A DNA stretch of 64,000 nt, taken from IMG/VR virus record IMGVR_UViG_3300008107_005910, positions 1 through 64,000 of that record. The stretch is one strand, 5' to 3'. The position numbers and the translations under genes are program-made. Position 1 is the first letter of the stretch. Each line of letters begins with the position of its first letter. The notes under the pieces were generated by a model, which was not told the DNA's origin, ran no database searches, and saw nothing but the letters and a program-made list of their open reading frames with translations. This DNA comes from a virus. Below are positions 27,873 through 37,325 of this stretch, piece after piece.

Positions 27873-28196
27873 TTAAGCTGGGTTCTGATCAAAATCAGCT
27901 ACTAGTGCCATTGTTGTATTAGCTTGACCGCGATATGTAGCACCTGGTGTTAATACACCAGTACCTTGTACAGCGACATAAACTGTGTCAGTTACACCAG
28001 CTTCAAAAGCTGTGATACCTGCTACTGTCACTGCGTCATCTACTCCTTTTGTGCCACCTGCTGTTAACAATTGAATCATTTCGTTCAATTCAGCTTGTGT
28101 CATATCTGTGTTTGCTAAACTAATGATGCGAGTACGTGGGCCTAGACCGTTACCTGCTTTAACTGCGTAATTAACTGCTGTAATTCCTGCTGACAT
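27873..28196 (-). CDS. probable virion structural protein
   Basis: Start moved to MSAGIT (AAGGAG RBS); small-residue-rich; own terminator. Confidence 0.65.
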   Translation of the reverse strand: MSAGITAVNYAVKAGNGLGPRTRIISLANTDMTQAELNEMIQLLTAGGTKGVDDAVTVAGITAFEAGVTDTVYVAVQGTGVLTPGATYRGQANTTMALVADFDQNPA

Positions 28197-28287
28197 AATT
28201 TTTCTCCTTAATCGTATGTCACATACCACGCTCCGTGGTTTGTTACTATTATTTATAAAGCTAAGGAAAAATCAGGGGAAATAGGGA

Positions 28288-28587
28288 TTATTTGGGATCT
28301 TTTGCATTGCCCTCAATAATTTTGAGAGTTCTAGCGGTTTCTTTACTGTCGCGAATTTTACGTATACCACGTGTGAACTTGCTGGGGTCAGCACTGCGTA
28401 TACTATTAATAAAACGCTTTTCTAATTCAAATGCAGTTTCAGGATCAAACTGCTCTTTAATTAGAGATATTAAATTTACTGCTGAGTCAATTATATGGTT
28501 TGCACGACTCTCAATGACACTTTCTGTATGTTTCTTAGCGGCAAACTCATTTAATTCTTCTAGCAGACTCTTCGTCGAACGTTTCAT
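28288..28587 (-). CDS. hypothetical phage protein
   Basis: SLLEEL..IESRA.HII.SA.NL..INSIR..DPSKF.RG. Confidence 0.7.
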   Translation of the reverse strand: MKRSTKSLLEELNEFAAKKHTESVIESRANHIIDSAVNLISLIKEQFDPETAFELEKRFINSIRSADPSKFTRGIRKIRDSKETARTLKIIEGNAKDPK

Positions 28588-28748
28588 TAATTATTTCCCT
28601 TTAAAATATTTAACCGTTTTTGTAGTATAGCAGTTTTTTTGTAAGAAATCTAGCCAGTACCTTATTGTGCGATGCCACATGTACTTTACTAAATACTCAG
28701 TAGAAACACTGAGTTACTACACACATTATATACACACGGAGAATAATA

Positions 28749-28928
28749 ATGAAAACAGTATCACAAAAGATGCTAGTCATCTTAGAACGTTTGGCAGAAA
28801 TGTTTCCAGACAGCTCATATCAATCACGCTTGGATTATTATCTAAGTACTAAAGGCATTACCGATGCCGCACAACTCGAAAAATACATCAACGAGTTTAA
28901 CTATTCTCACAAGGAACAATATCTATGA
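28749..28928 (+). CDS. small hypothetical protein (59 aa)
   Basis: GGAG RBS; MKTVSQKMLVILERLAEMFPDSSYQSRLDYYLSTKGITDAAQLEKYINEFNYSHKEQYL*; below ORF-track cutoff. Confidence 0.7.
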   Translation: MKTVSQKMLVILERLAEMFPDSSYQSRLDYYLSTKGITDAAQLEKYINEFNYSHKEQYL

Positions 28929-29044
28929 AAATGATCATTAATTATATTTGGTCCGTAATGGATTCATTTGGTCGAGCTCGTGCCGCTAGTTACTTTGCTC
29001 GTATTGGCGATTACGAATCAGCTAGACGTGTAATGGCCGAATAA
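28925..29044 (+). CDS. small hypothetical protein (39 aa)
   Basis: AAGGA RBS, ATGA coupling; MKMIINYIWSVMDSFGRARAASYFARIGDYESARRVMAE*. Confidence 0.6.
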   Translation: MKMIINYIWSVMDSFGRARAASYFARIGDYESARRVMAE

Positions 29045-29063
29045 GTTTTAAAGTAAATAAGCC

Positions 29064-29639
29064 ATGCAGTTGGTTTATATACATGGTGCTAATGCTACCA
29101 GTGAAAGTTTTAATTACATCAAAAGTAAGTTGGGCTCTGGCATCAATATAGATTATGACAGTCGAAATGGATTTGAAAATAATCTAAATGATATGATTAA
29201 ACAGCTATCTGGTGTCAAGGACATAGCATTTGTAGCACACAGTTTGGGCGGTATCTATAGTTTACACATTGCCAATACTTTGCCAAAACAAGTATTGGGT
29301 GCAGTAACATTAAGCACTCCTTACGGTGGGGCTGAAGTAGCTGATTATGCTCAATACTTTTTACCGTTTAGTAGATTGATGCGTGATATTGGTCCCAGCA
29401 GTTGGGCTATGAAACAGGCTAATAAAATTAAAATACAACATCCATGGACTAATATTGTTACCGTAAAGGGGCAGAGTCCATTTATGTTGGCGCATAACGA
29501 CGGTGTTGTAACCATTGCCAGTCAAAAATATCATGAAGATATGGAATTAGTAGAAGTAGGGTATAATCACTACGAAGTAGTTCTTAGTGATGAAGTGGTA
29601 GAGATTATTAAGGAACGAGTAAAAAAGTTCAAGAAATAA
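29064..29639 (+). CDS. alpha/beta hydrolase
   Basis: YIHG, AHSLGG nucleophile elbow, NDGVV, NHY. Confidence 0.85.
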   Translation: MQLVYIHGANATSESFNYIKSKLGSGINIDYDSRNGFENNLNDMIKQLSGVKDIAFVAHSLGGIYSLHIANTLPKQVLGAVTLSTPYGGAEVADYAQYFLPFSRLMRDIGPSSWAMKQANKIKIQHPWTNIVTVKGQSPFMLAHNDGVVTIASQKYHEDMELVEVGYNHYEVVLSDEVVEIIKERVKKFKK

Positions 29640-29640
29640 G

Positions 29641-29669
29641 TTGCTTTTAAGTAACTAGGCATATATAAT
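29641..29669 (+). promoter_or_regulatory. sigma70 promoter
   Basis: TTGCTT, 17 nt spacer, TATAAT. Confidence 0.65.
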
Positions 29670-29692
29670 AGTACACATACACGGGAGACACT

Positions 29693-29899
29693 ATGTTTAT
29701 CACACCAGAACAAGTAATCAAAACAATTCAAGACGCCAAGCGCACCGCTGTCAACACAGTTGTGTTTAACGACACTGTCAAACAAAGCCTACATGCTTAT
29801 ATTGACGCACAAGAACAATACGCCAAAGAAATAACAAAATTATCTTTTGACATTACTACTGCGATGTTGAAAGTTCCGTTTGCATTTGCAAACAAATAA
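29693..29899 (+). CDS. small amphipathic helical protein (phasin-like?)
   Basis: GGGAG RBS; helical pattern; phasin similarity is inference. Confidence 0.6.
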   Translation: MFITPEQVIKTIQDAKRTAVNTVVFNDTVKQSLHAYIDAQEQYAKEITKLSFDITTAMLKVPFAFANK

Positions 29900-29933
29900 G
29901 CAGTAAAGACATACACACATAAAGGAGAAAAAT

Positions 29934-30200
29934 ATGTCAGATTTTACACCAAAACTACCAGAAGTTAAATTTAACAAGAACGGTTATGAAATCCGTACAG
30001 ACATCCTAAAGATGGCTAAGGATCTAATCAGCGATGACTTCCATGTCAAATTTTCAGGTTGGGAAATGACTGCGAAACGTGACGAGAAGACTGGTCAGAT
30101 TGTAACCACAGTTGGCATGCCAGAGCATCCAGGCCTTGAAAAAGTTCTTGAGACTGCTGAAAAAATGTACGCATTTGTTAACAGCGGCGCAAAGAAATAA
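29934..30200 (+). CDS. hypothetical phage protein
   Basis: AAGGAG RBS; NGYEIRTDIL.MAK..AEKMYAFV. Confidence 0.75.
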   Translation: MSDFTPKLPEVKFNKNGYEIRTDILKMAKDLISDDFHVKFSGWEMTAKRDEKTGQIVTTVGMPEHPGLEKVLETAEKMYAFVNSGAKK

Positions 30201-30246
30201 TTAAAAACTAGCATAGCTATCAAGTAGGTTGATACTATAAAAACAC

Positions 30247-30271
30247 AAAAGCCACCCTAGGGTGGCTTTTT
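30247..30271. terminator. bidirectional intrinsic terminator
   Basis: AAAAGCCACC-CTAG-GGTGGCTTTTT between convergent genes. Confidence 0.85.
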
Positions 30272-30289
30272 GTTTGAATACTAAATTAA

Positions 30290-31006
30290 TTATTGGTTGT
30301 CAAGTGTAACTGTAGTATTCAATACGGCTGATCCAAATGTCCACTTAGCAGTTGCGCCACTAGCGAACTGTGCGCCAGCAGAACTGGTACCACCCCAAAC
30401 GTTTGCGGCTGGAACCAATGTACACTTACGATTACTAATCTTTGTAACAAAATATGTACCGCCTGCGCTGTCAGTTGCTCTAATGCTCATTTGTCCATCA
30501 GCTAGATTTTCAGTAGCAACAAGTTTTAAAATTGCTGTGCCATCTGCTGTCTGTACTTTGAAACGACGTGAGCCTACTTGCTTAATAACATCTCCAGCTG
30601 TGTTATCACTACCGCCAGGAATTTGTGCTTCACACATCAACCCATTTTGACGAGCAGTACCACTAGATGTTAAAGTAGCAACAGGGGTAGCACTTCCAGA
30701 TCCTCCTGCAACACTACCGTTGAAAGTAATAGTTGGAGCACTTGTGTAACCAGAACCTGCTGATACAACTTCCACTGTATAAGCAGTTGCGCCAGTAACT
30801 ATAACTCTTAGTACTGGTTTAGCTCCGCCTGCAACGTTAGGAGCACCAATTTGTGCCGCTGGAATTGGATATGTACCGTTTACTAGATCAGCCAATGTGC
30901 CAGCTGGAGCTGTTACGCTGGCGATGCTTTCTCCGCCTACGTTTGCTGTGCCAAAATCTTGATAGTTAGTATTGGCAAAATATTTTTTGTTTAATGGACG
31001 TCCCAT
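30290..31006 (-). CDS. probable virion structural protein
   Basis: MGRPLNKKYF start; GSGYTSAPTITF beta motif; Gly/Ala/Thr-rich. Confidence 0.7.
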   Translation of the reverse strand: MGRPLNKKYFANTNYQDFGTANVGGESIASVTAPAGTLADLVNGTYPIPAAQIGAPNVAGGAKPVLRVIVTGATAYTVEVVSAGSGYTSAPTITFNGSVAGGSGSATPVATLTSSGTARQNGLMCEAQIPGGSDNTAGDVIKQVGSRRFKVQTADGTAILKLVATENLADGQMSIRATDSAGGTYFVTKISNRKCTLVPAANVWGGTSSAGAQFASGATAKWTFGSAVLNTTVTLDNQ

Positions 31007-31087
31007 TTGTTTTCTCCTTATGTTGACGTTCTAGGTCATACGCTGTGGGTACAGCATAAACTTGCCCTATGCAAGCTGACTGTATAT

Positions 31088-31789
31088 TTACCTAACTTTG
31101 GCTAATTTTAAAAAGGATAATATGCGTATATAAATCCAACCTATATCTAGCTCAAACCAACGTTGTTTGAACTTGGCATTGGCACCATCTGCGTGATGAT
31201 TATTATGTAGTTCTTCTCCGCCAATCCAAATAGCCCAAGGTATTAAATTGCGACTAGTATCTTTAGTATCAGTGTTACGATACCCAACCCAGTGTGCTAG
31301 ACCGTTAATAACGCCTGCGGCCCAAAATGGAATCCATAACATCTGAATACCCCAAATGACTAGTCCCCACCCACCAAAAAGAACAAGGTTTATAACCAAA
31401 AGTATCATTATGCCTAAACGACTATGTGGGGTATATATGGCTTTTTCAATCCAATCATTTGGGGTTCCAACTCCTAGCTTTTCCACCATCTCTACATCTT
31501 TACTGGCTTTGTGATACAATCCTGCGCCACCAAATAATACACGCCAAATACCGTATACTTGTGGACTATGTGGATCTAATTCAGTATCACTGGCTTGATG
31601 ATGTTTTCGGTGAATAGCAACCCATTGCTTAGTAACCATACCTGTTGTTAGCCATAACCAAAAACGCATGAAATGGTTAACTGCTGGATGGAATGTTACT
31701 GCTTTGTGTGTTTGTCCTCTATGCAAATATAGGGTAACACACGCTATAGTGATTTGTACCATCACCAAGGTATAGATAATTTCTAACAT
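31088..31789 (-). CDS. acyl-CoA (delta-9) fatty acid desaturase
   Basis: His boxes HRGQTH, HRKHH, HNNHH; TM segments. Confidence 0.92.
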   Translation of the reverse strand: MLEIIYTLVMVQITIACVTLYLHRGQTHKAVTFHPAVNHFMRFWLWLTTGMVTKQWVAIHRKHHQASDTELDPHSPQVYGIWRVLFGGAGLYHKASKDVEMVEKLGVGTPNDWIEKAIYTPHSRLGIMILLVINLVLFGGWGLVIWGIQMLWIPFWAAGVINGLAHWVGYRNTDTKDTSRNLIPWAIWIGGEELHNNHHADGANAKFKQRWFELDIGWIYIRILSFLKLAKVR

Positions 31790-31797
31790 AGAAGTAT

Positions 31798-32442
31798 TTA
31801 CTTCTGAGTTAGCTGATTAACAAATTCTAATAAGAGCTCGTGATGACGTTTTTCGTGCCAATGCTTGGGCATCCAGGAATGATAATCATACCAAAACTTC
31901 TCACTTTCTGGATGGCATCCTATTAAACCTATACGATTTTGTATAATTGCCATGGGATCACCGTTAGCATAGGTAGCAATAGTTTCAAATTTATTGTTAT
32001 TACCAACTAAGGCGCAACCATCATAAAAAAACATCCTTTCAGGATGCCCGTTCCATACAACATCTATTGCTTTAGCATGTGGACGACGTGTATCTGTATT
32101 TGGTCTAGTAATGTATTGTACAGCATCCACTTCATCTAAAATATCAAAGTAATAACTACCAGCCCAGTAAGCACCCATACAAATTCCAAGATAGTATCCG
32201 CCCCTACCAACAAAATTTAATATCTTTTGTTTGTTGGCTTTTAAAAGTCTATGCCAAGTTTCGCTATCGCCTTCACCTCCAGGAAAAGCTACTATATCTA
32301 CATCATCAAAAAATACGTCCTCAACTTCTCTGAATCCAAAGATTTTAAAGTTGTAGTGTTGACCCAACGCCTGTATTATACCATTGCCACATTGTACTGA
32401 GCATTTGGGGTCATGCAAAAATAATGCGATTGTAGGTTTCAT
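31798..32442 (-). CDS. class I glutamine-amidotransferase-like (BPL_N-like) protein
   Basis: FPGG, YLGICMGAY, GCHPE. Confidence 0.75.
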   Translation of the reverse strand: MKPTIALFLHDPKCSVQCGNGIIQALGQHYNFKIFGFREVEDVFFDDVDIVAFPGGEGDSETWHRLLKANKQKILNFVGRGGYYLGICMGAYWAGSYYFDILDEVDAVQYITRPNTDTRRPHAKAIDVVWNGHPERMFFYDGCALVGNNNKFETIATYANGDPMAIIQNRIGLIGCHPESEKFWYDYHSWMPKHWHEKRHHELLLEFVNQLTQK

Positions 32443-32450
32443 TTTAATTA

Positions 32451-32550
32451 AAAATGCTCACTTAGAACGCCATTCCGGGGCACGACTCCCATAACGTTCT
32501 GCCCAGCAGCCGGGCACACCTATGTAACGATAACGTCCTAAGGTAGGTGT
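32451..32550 (-). ncRNA. putative structured RNA element
   Basis: - strand helices ACACCTA/TAGGTGT, GCCC-GGCTGCT-GGGC, AGAACGTTAT/ATGGCGTTCT; GC-rich among AT-rich DNA. Confidence 0.55.
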
Positions 32551-32877
32551 TTATACGCTAAAACTACTTCCACATCCACAAGTAGTTTGTGCGTTTGGAT
32601 TCCTTATTACAAATTGACTTCCGTCTAGGTCATCTTTGTAATCAATTTCAGCGCCTTGAAGATATTGCATACTCATACTGTCAATTAACAATTTATAGTT
32701 GTTATTCAACGGAATTTCAAAATCGTCTTCGTTTTGTTCCTCATCAAACGTAAAACCATAACTAAAACCACTGCAACCCCCGCCTTGTACAAATGTACGT
32801 AATGCTAGGTTGGGATTATTTTCTTCTGCTAGTAAATCTAAAACTTTTGTTTTTGCTGACTCTGTAATGTTAATCAT
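32551..32877 (-). CDS. erpA: A-type Fe-S cluster carrier (ErpA/IscA family)
   Basis: [24 protein letters not shown]. Confidence 0.92.
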   Translation of the reverse strand: MINITESAKTKVLDLLAEENNPNLALRTFVQGGGCSGFSYGFTFDEEQNEDDFEIPLNNNYKLLIDSMSMQYLQGAEIDYKDDLDGSQFVIRNPNAQTTCGCGSSFSV

Positions 32878-32965
32878 AATATATTCCTGCTAGTCCGCAG
32901 CCAAATCTTGCCAAACCTTCAATCAAATCTTCAATGAGGACTGTAAGGATTTCGCGGGCGGTCAT
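32870..32965 (-). CDS. 31-aa small protein
   Basis: GAGGAGG RBS; [31 protein letters not shown]; overlaps erpA start. Confidence 0.45.
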   Translation of the reverse strand: MTAREILTVLIEDLIEGLARFGCGLAGIYYD

Positions 32966-33008
32966 AACCATCCTCCTCTGGGTAAACTGGATATTCGTTT
33001 GGGTTCAT
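32931..33008 (-). CDS. 25-aa Pro/Tyr-rich peptide
   Basis: TAATG coupling to nuclease stop; [25 protein letters not shown]. Confidence 0.45.
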   Translation of the reverse strand: MNPNEYPVYPEEDGYDRPRNPYSPH

Positions 33009-33442
33009 TAATTACACCAACTTTGTTTTGCTTCACCAAAGTATTCTCGAGCAAAGCCGTTACGTATTAGTTCTGCACGTAGACTTTGACCGTCTAAAAT
33101 CATATCACCTAGTACACGACCGCCAAATTTATCCCATCCATAAAGAACAACTTGACGTTTGAGTGATTTAGCCACAGCATTTTTAGTAAAAGCAGTTGCG
33201 GCCTGTCCTCGCTGATCTTCACTGGGACACTGTGCTCTATGTCCTTTTTCAGGCGTATCTACCCCGTAGACTCTAACTGCTAATTCTGGTTTAAGTGGGG
33301 CGGGAAGAAATGGCGCACTAATTACCACAGTGTCTCCGTCATTAACACGTATGATTTGTGCATCGTATATGACCCCTTGTGGGGTTTTTTGTGCCAGTGC
33401 CAAAGTTGGCACTAATAATAATATTGCTAACAATTTTTTCAT
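33008..33442 (-). CDS. secreted thermonuclease (SNase-like)
   Basis: Signal peptide; RVNDGDT, GVDTPE, DKFGGRVLG. Confidence 0.88.
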   Translation of the reverse strand: MKKLLAILLLVPTLALAQKTPQGVIYDAQIIRVNDGDTVVISAPFLPAPLKPELAVRVYGVDTPEKGHRAQCPSEDQRGQAATAFTKNAVAKSLKRQVVLYGWDKFGGRVLGDMILDGQSLRAELIRNGFAREYFGEAKQSWCN

Positions 33443-33469
33443 AATTGACCCTAAAATTAACTCTTGTAT

Positions 33470-34093
33470 TTATATTGTCTTTTCTGTGTATTCTGCTCTT
33501 TGCCAATTTAACAAATACTGTGCTTTCCAGTGATTCTGATCAAATCCTTTTAAATTCTCCCATTGATCTCGTTGTTGCCAAATCCTTTTGGCTGCATCAA
33601 TCCAATCAGTGTGTCTTACAGTCCATTCAAAATCCACCATACGATTTTTGAAATATTCATAATCACAATGATCATACTCTATATGTAGCACTTCATAGAC
33701 TGTGCCGTCTTCTGCGACAGAATCTAGCGCAAAATCAAAACCCCATTTGCGTTTTGTTTTTAATAACAAGTCAACTTGTGGAAAATGGGGTTTCAGTTCA
33801 AATAATTGCTTGGCAGCATCCTGATCATAGTCACACCTGCATAAAAATATACTGTGATCTAAAATTAAGGGAATATTTGAATATTCTAATTCAAACCAAG
33901 GTTCCTGCCAACAGTGATGATTTAATATAGGATAGTTGATGGGATAGTCCATAGCTGAATAAAACTTTTGTTCAGCTAAATTTAATTCAAATCCGTCCTT
34001 GTCATAATATTGAAAATCTAATGGTTCTAATATTTCAACACTCTTTGTACAACTTGGATTTGACATCAGTGATACATCAAATCTACGAAACAT
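33470..34093 (-). CDS. hypothetical phage protein
   Basis: 207 aa; KWGFDFALD motif. Confidence 0.7.
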   Translation of the reverse strand: MFRRFDVSLMSNPSCTKSVEILEPLDFQYYDKDGFELNLAEQKFYSAMDYPINYPILNHHCWQEPWFELEYSNIPLILDHSIFLCRCDYDQDAAKQLFELKPHFPQVDLLLKTKRKWGFDFALDSVAEDGTVYEVLHIEYDHCDYEYFKNRMVDFEWTVRHTDWIDAAKRIWQQRDQWENLKGFDQNHWKAQYLLNWQRAEYTEKTI

Positions 34094-34114
34094 TATGGCG
34101 TCTAACTTTCTATT

Positions 34115-34498
34115 TTAATCAAAGTTTCCTAACATGCGTTTTTGTTCAATGTCATTTTTTCTAGCGTAATCATCAATGGCCAATGCTAATTGAAAATCTA
34201 ATATGGTCAAACCTTCGACATCAAATGTAGTTGTTTCTACAGTGACCTCAGCAACATCTTGTGTGACTTTGGCAAAATGATCTAATTTTTCAGATAGGTC
34301 ATTAATATGTTCAATGAACTCTTCAGCTTGTCTATGATCCTGTGCCACATATTGAGCTTTAAGTATGCGATGATCTAACATTTCCCAATCAGGTAAAAAT
34401 TTAGACTTTAAATCGTTCAATGATTCCTTATTAGGGATGAACTCTTCTAGACTATTAGATCTAAATTTACCTTCTATAATATCAATCCATTGTCTCAT
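34115..34498 (-). CDS. pterin-4-alpha-carbinolamine dehydratase-like protein
   Basis: SEKLDHF...TTFDVEGLTILDFQLA..ID; catalytic His set partly diverged. Confidence 0.65.
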   Translation of the reverse strand: MRQWIDIIEGKFRSNSLEEFIPNKESLNDLKSKFLPDWEMLDHRILKAQYVAQDHRQAEEFIEHINDLSEKLDHFAKVTQDVAEVTVETTTFDVEGLTILDFQLALAIDDYARKNDIEQKRMLGNFD

Positions 34499-34917
34499 TG
34501 TGTTCTGTCCTTGTTGTCTATGGCCCCACCTGTAACCCAGGCTGTACAGCTACGATCACCAGCACATTTAAAATGTAAAAAGTTACAGTAGCCTAGATCA
34601 GCTTTATGTATCGTTGCCATAGCGTCTGTTTCTTTACTGTCACCTTTGATTCCATCTTCAATACACTGCCACATCTTATCACTGACATCAAAAGCCGCAC
34701 AGTTGCCACACTTCATTGTACGAGCAGTTTTTTCTGTAATACCCCAACGTTTGGCAGCATCCTTCCAATATGACTCTGATTCGTCTGGATTAGCAGGCCC
34801 ATAGTAATATTCGTCTATGGCTTTCTGACGATTCTTTAAGTTGACATCTAGATCATGTGTAGCAATAGGACAGCCTTTGTTGGCCGCTTCTAAAATAGTT
34901 ATATATTTTCTCATCAT
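34495..34917 (-). CDS. Cys-containing hypothetical protein
   Basis: CP.AT, YGP.NP, CGNCAAF, GYC..HFKCA..RSC.AW. Confidence 0.7.
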   Translation of the reverse strand: MMRKYITILEAANKGCPIATHDLDVNLKNRQKAIDEYYYGPANPDESESYWKDAAKRWGITEKTARTMKCGNCAAFDVSDKMWQCIEDGIKGDSKETDAMATIHKADLGYCNFLHFKCAGDRSCTAWVTGGAIDNKDRTQ

Positions 34918-36227
34918 AGTTCATCCCATCCTATAGCCCAGCATTGTTGAGTTGAGTTAGTAGTTGTAGTTACAGCAATAAGAAACTCGTAATTTACACC
35001 TGTGAATGTGTTACGTTCTAACTGAAACTTAAAAGGAAATCCAGCCAGTGATGGTGCTATACTAGCCTGATTAGTGGCTATAACATACCCTTCATCAATC
35101 AGCCTACCGTTAGTATAACTAGTGGGTGTTAGGTTGTATTCTACTGAAGATGTTGTGCCAGTGTCTTGCCATTCGCCGCCAGTGGTGATAGCCTGCTGTA
35201 TAATAAAATATTGATAATTGGCTCCAGTTAATGGAGCAAAACTAAAATTAGTAGGCACTACTATAGCGTTATTTCTTCCTGCTTTGAGTCTTATACTGAT
35301 CATAGGGACAGCAGTGTTGACCTGTGCTTGGTTAGTAGTTCTTGGTGCGGTTATGTTATGGCCAATAACTCTGGGGCGACCTATGAGTTCATAGCCGCCT
35401 TCTGATATCACAGATTGGCAGATAAATTTTAGTGTGTCGCTGACGCCTGTAGCACTGGTATTTTCTATCTCATAGCGAATGGGCAGTCGTGCTGTACCCA
35501 TATAGGTTGTAGTTATGCCAGCGTTGTTAGCATGATCCCATCTATGGCAGGGTATAAACTGTCCGTTTATTACAAAGCCCATAGTCACTGATCCTACACC
35601 TAACCATTCTAAGTTGATATAAAGTATCTGTGATGTGGCTAGATCTAATACAATCTTATCTGCATCTGTGCCGTCTAATTTACTGATGTTCCAATCTTCT
35701 TTGGCAATGCGTGTGGTTTGTAAACTACCGCTAGAACTACTTCTTCGTACAAAGTAAACATTTGTGCCATCTTGTTCTAGATAGAAACCATTTTCAGTAT
35801 CAAAGTATCCCACACGCTGTCTCAGTCCTGCGCGGGACTGTGCCATACAGAATGTTTCTAATACTAATAAACTCTTACCTGGTTGGTAAGCAAACGCTCT
35901 TGTACTTTCTCTATAGACCTTGCTTCCATTAGAACCATCCACAGTCATTGCTAACGCACTCGAGTCAGAGTTGTGTTGTGTAGTTCCGCCACTGGCTGTA
36001 AAATTAACAAAACCGTCGACGTTGTCATAGTACTTGCTGGAGTTGTCAAATAAGGTAAACGGTTCGCTGGTACGAAAGCGACCAAATGCATCAGTGGCTG
36101 TAGGACCTAAAGTGGTTCTAAGTATTGGTCTGCCTAAAACATCATACTGCATAGCATGATGCAAGTCGCTTAGGTTAGGTTCCCAAGGATGTACATAATT
36201 GGTACTATTAGGATGTAATATTGGCAT
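34914..36227 (-). CDS. probable virion protein (beta-rich)
   Basis: DAFGRFRTSEP.TLF, YQPGKS, EWLGVG motifs. Confidence 0.65.
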   Translation of the reverse strand: MPILHPNSTNYVHPWEPNLSDLHHAMQYDVLGRPILRTTLGPTATDAFGRFRTSEPFTLFDNSSKYYDNVDGFVNFTASGGTTQHNSDSSALAMTVDGSNGSKVYRESTRAFAYQPGKSLLVLETFCMAQSRAGLRQRVGYFDTENGFYLEQDGTNVYFVRRSSSSGSLQTTRIAKEDWNISKLDGTDADKIVLDLATSQILYINLEWLGVGSVTMGFVINGQFIPCHRWDHANNAGITTTYMGTARLPIRYEIENTSATGVSDTLKFICQSVISEGGYELIGRPRVIGHNITAPRTTNQAQVNTAVPMISIRLKAGRNNAIVVPTNFSFAPLTGANYQYFIIQQAITTGGEWQDTGTTSSVEYNLTPTSYTNGRLIDEGYVIATNQASIAPSLAGFPFKFQLERNTFTGVNYEFLIAVTTTTNSTQQCWAIGWDEL

Positions 36228-36228
36228 A

Positions 36229-36441
36229 TTAAGGAGTTGTGTTCCAAGGACGACCTGGTTGTAAACCGCCTACGTTAGGATTATCAACTACAGCGTTATC
36301 ATCGTATTGTGTTGGCAACTCCGTTATATCATAAGTTGCTCTAGGGTTTCCATCTGCGGCTCTATCTATTGCCGCTTGATCCAATTTAGCTTTTTGTCGC
36401 AACTCTCTAGTTGCTAATTGTGCAATTCCATTAGCTGACAT
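36229..36441 (-). CDS. hypothetical protein
   Basis: Start moved to MSANGIA; ELPTQY..N..GL.PGRPW. Confidence 0.65.
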   Translation of the reverse strand: MSANGIAQLATRELRQKAKLDQAAIDRAADGNPRATYDITELPTQYDDNAVVDNPNVGGLQPGRPWNTTP

Positions 36442-36733
36442 GTTGTGTTCCTGGATACATTGAAATACTATCTGTCCTAATATCTGCAGGATGCTTTGGG
36501 GCATTAGTTCCGCCACCTGCTTTAATAGTAACAGTTTCTATACTGGCAATAGCATCTGCTGGACTGTTATCGTAGGTGCCTGATTTAGCATCTACTAGAT
36601 CAGAAATCTGATCAAATCTACGTGTTTCGTCATCATAGAACTCTTCAGCTGAAGGATTCTCTTTGCCAATTTCTTGTGTTTCGACTTGATCTATCAAATC
36701 TAAAACACCCCTAATAATTTCTGTTGCTCGCAT
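36431..36733 (-). CDS. hypothetical protein
   Basis: Start moved to MRATEII; AGGG.N.PKHPADIR; TAAATA upstream. Confidence 0.65.
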   Translation of the reverse strand: MRATEIIRGVLDLIDQVETQEIGKENPSAEEFYDDETRRFDQISDLVDAKSGTYDNSPADAIASIETVTIKAGGGTNAPKHPADIRTDSISMYPGTQHVS

Positions 36734-36776
36734 ATTCTTACCCCTAGACATCGTATTTAGCGTAAATATTAACACT

Positions 36777-37325
36777 ATGAAACCAGTGTTGATGATACAC
36801 GAAATCAAAGAAGAATTCTTTGATTTACCCTTAGAAAACTACATTCTAACATTTGATGACGGGCTTTACAGCCAGTATCACTACTACCCACGCTTCAAAG
36901 AAATACCCACTGAAAAGATATATTTCATCAGTTCAGGAATAATTTGTAATGGATCACAAAGTACAGAATTCCCTGCTTGTCACATCGCCCACGATAAAGC
37001 ATTTCAAGGAAACTTTGAAGATTACATGACTTTAGATCAAATTAAAGAATTAATGAAGGATCCATTAGTTAGTATTGGTGGGCATAGTCATGTACATAAA
37101 AATCTAAAAGAACTAACAAAAGTAACGCATAGAGCCATGCACGTTATGAACGACACTAAACTCATGATGAATTGGTTCAAAGAAAATTTAAACTTTACTC
37201 CAACTAAATTTTGTTTCCCTTACAATGATGACAACGATGGTTTTTACGTGCCTGTTTTAAAGTCAGTGGGCTTTACAGAATTTTACGGCAAAGAACGATT
37301 GGCTATTGAAAACGTTGCCAATTAA
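36777..37325 (+). CDS. polysaccharide deacetylase (CE4/NodB-like)
   Basis: LTFDDG, GGHSHVH, FCFPY. Confidence 0.85.
   Translation: MKPVLMIHEIKEEFFDLPLENYILTFDDGLYSQYHYYPRFKEIPTEKIYFISSGIICNGSQSTEFPACHIAHDKAFQGNFEDYMTLDQIKELMKDPLVSIGGHSHVHKNLKELTKVTHRAMHVMNDTKLMMNWFKENLNFTPTKFCFPYNDDNDGFYVPVLKSVGFTEFYGKERLAIENVAN

Noticed and set aside
28667-28852. 61-aa + strand ORF
   Set aside because: Overlaps a better ORF in another frame with a clear RBS (28749..28928)
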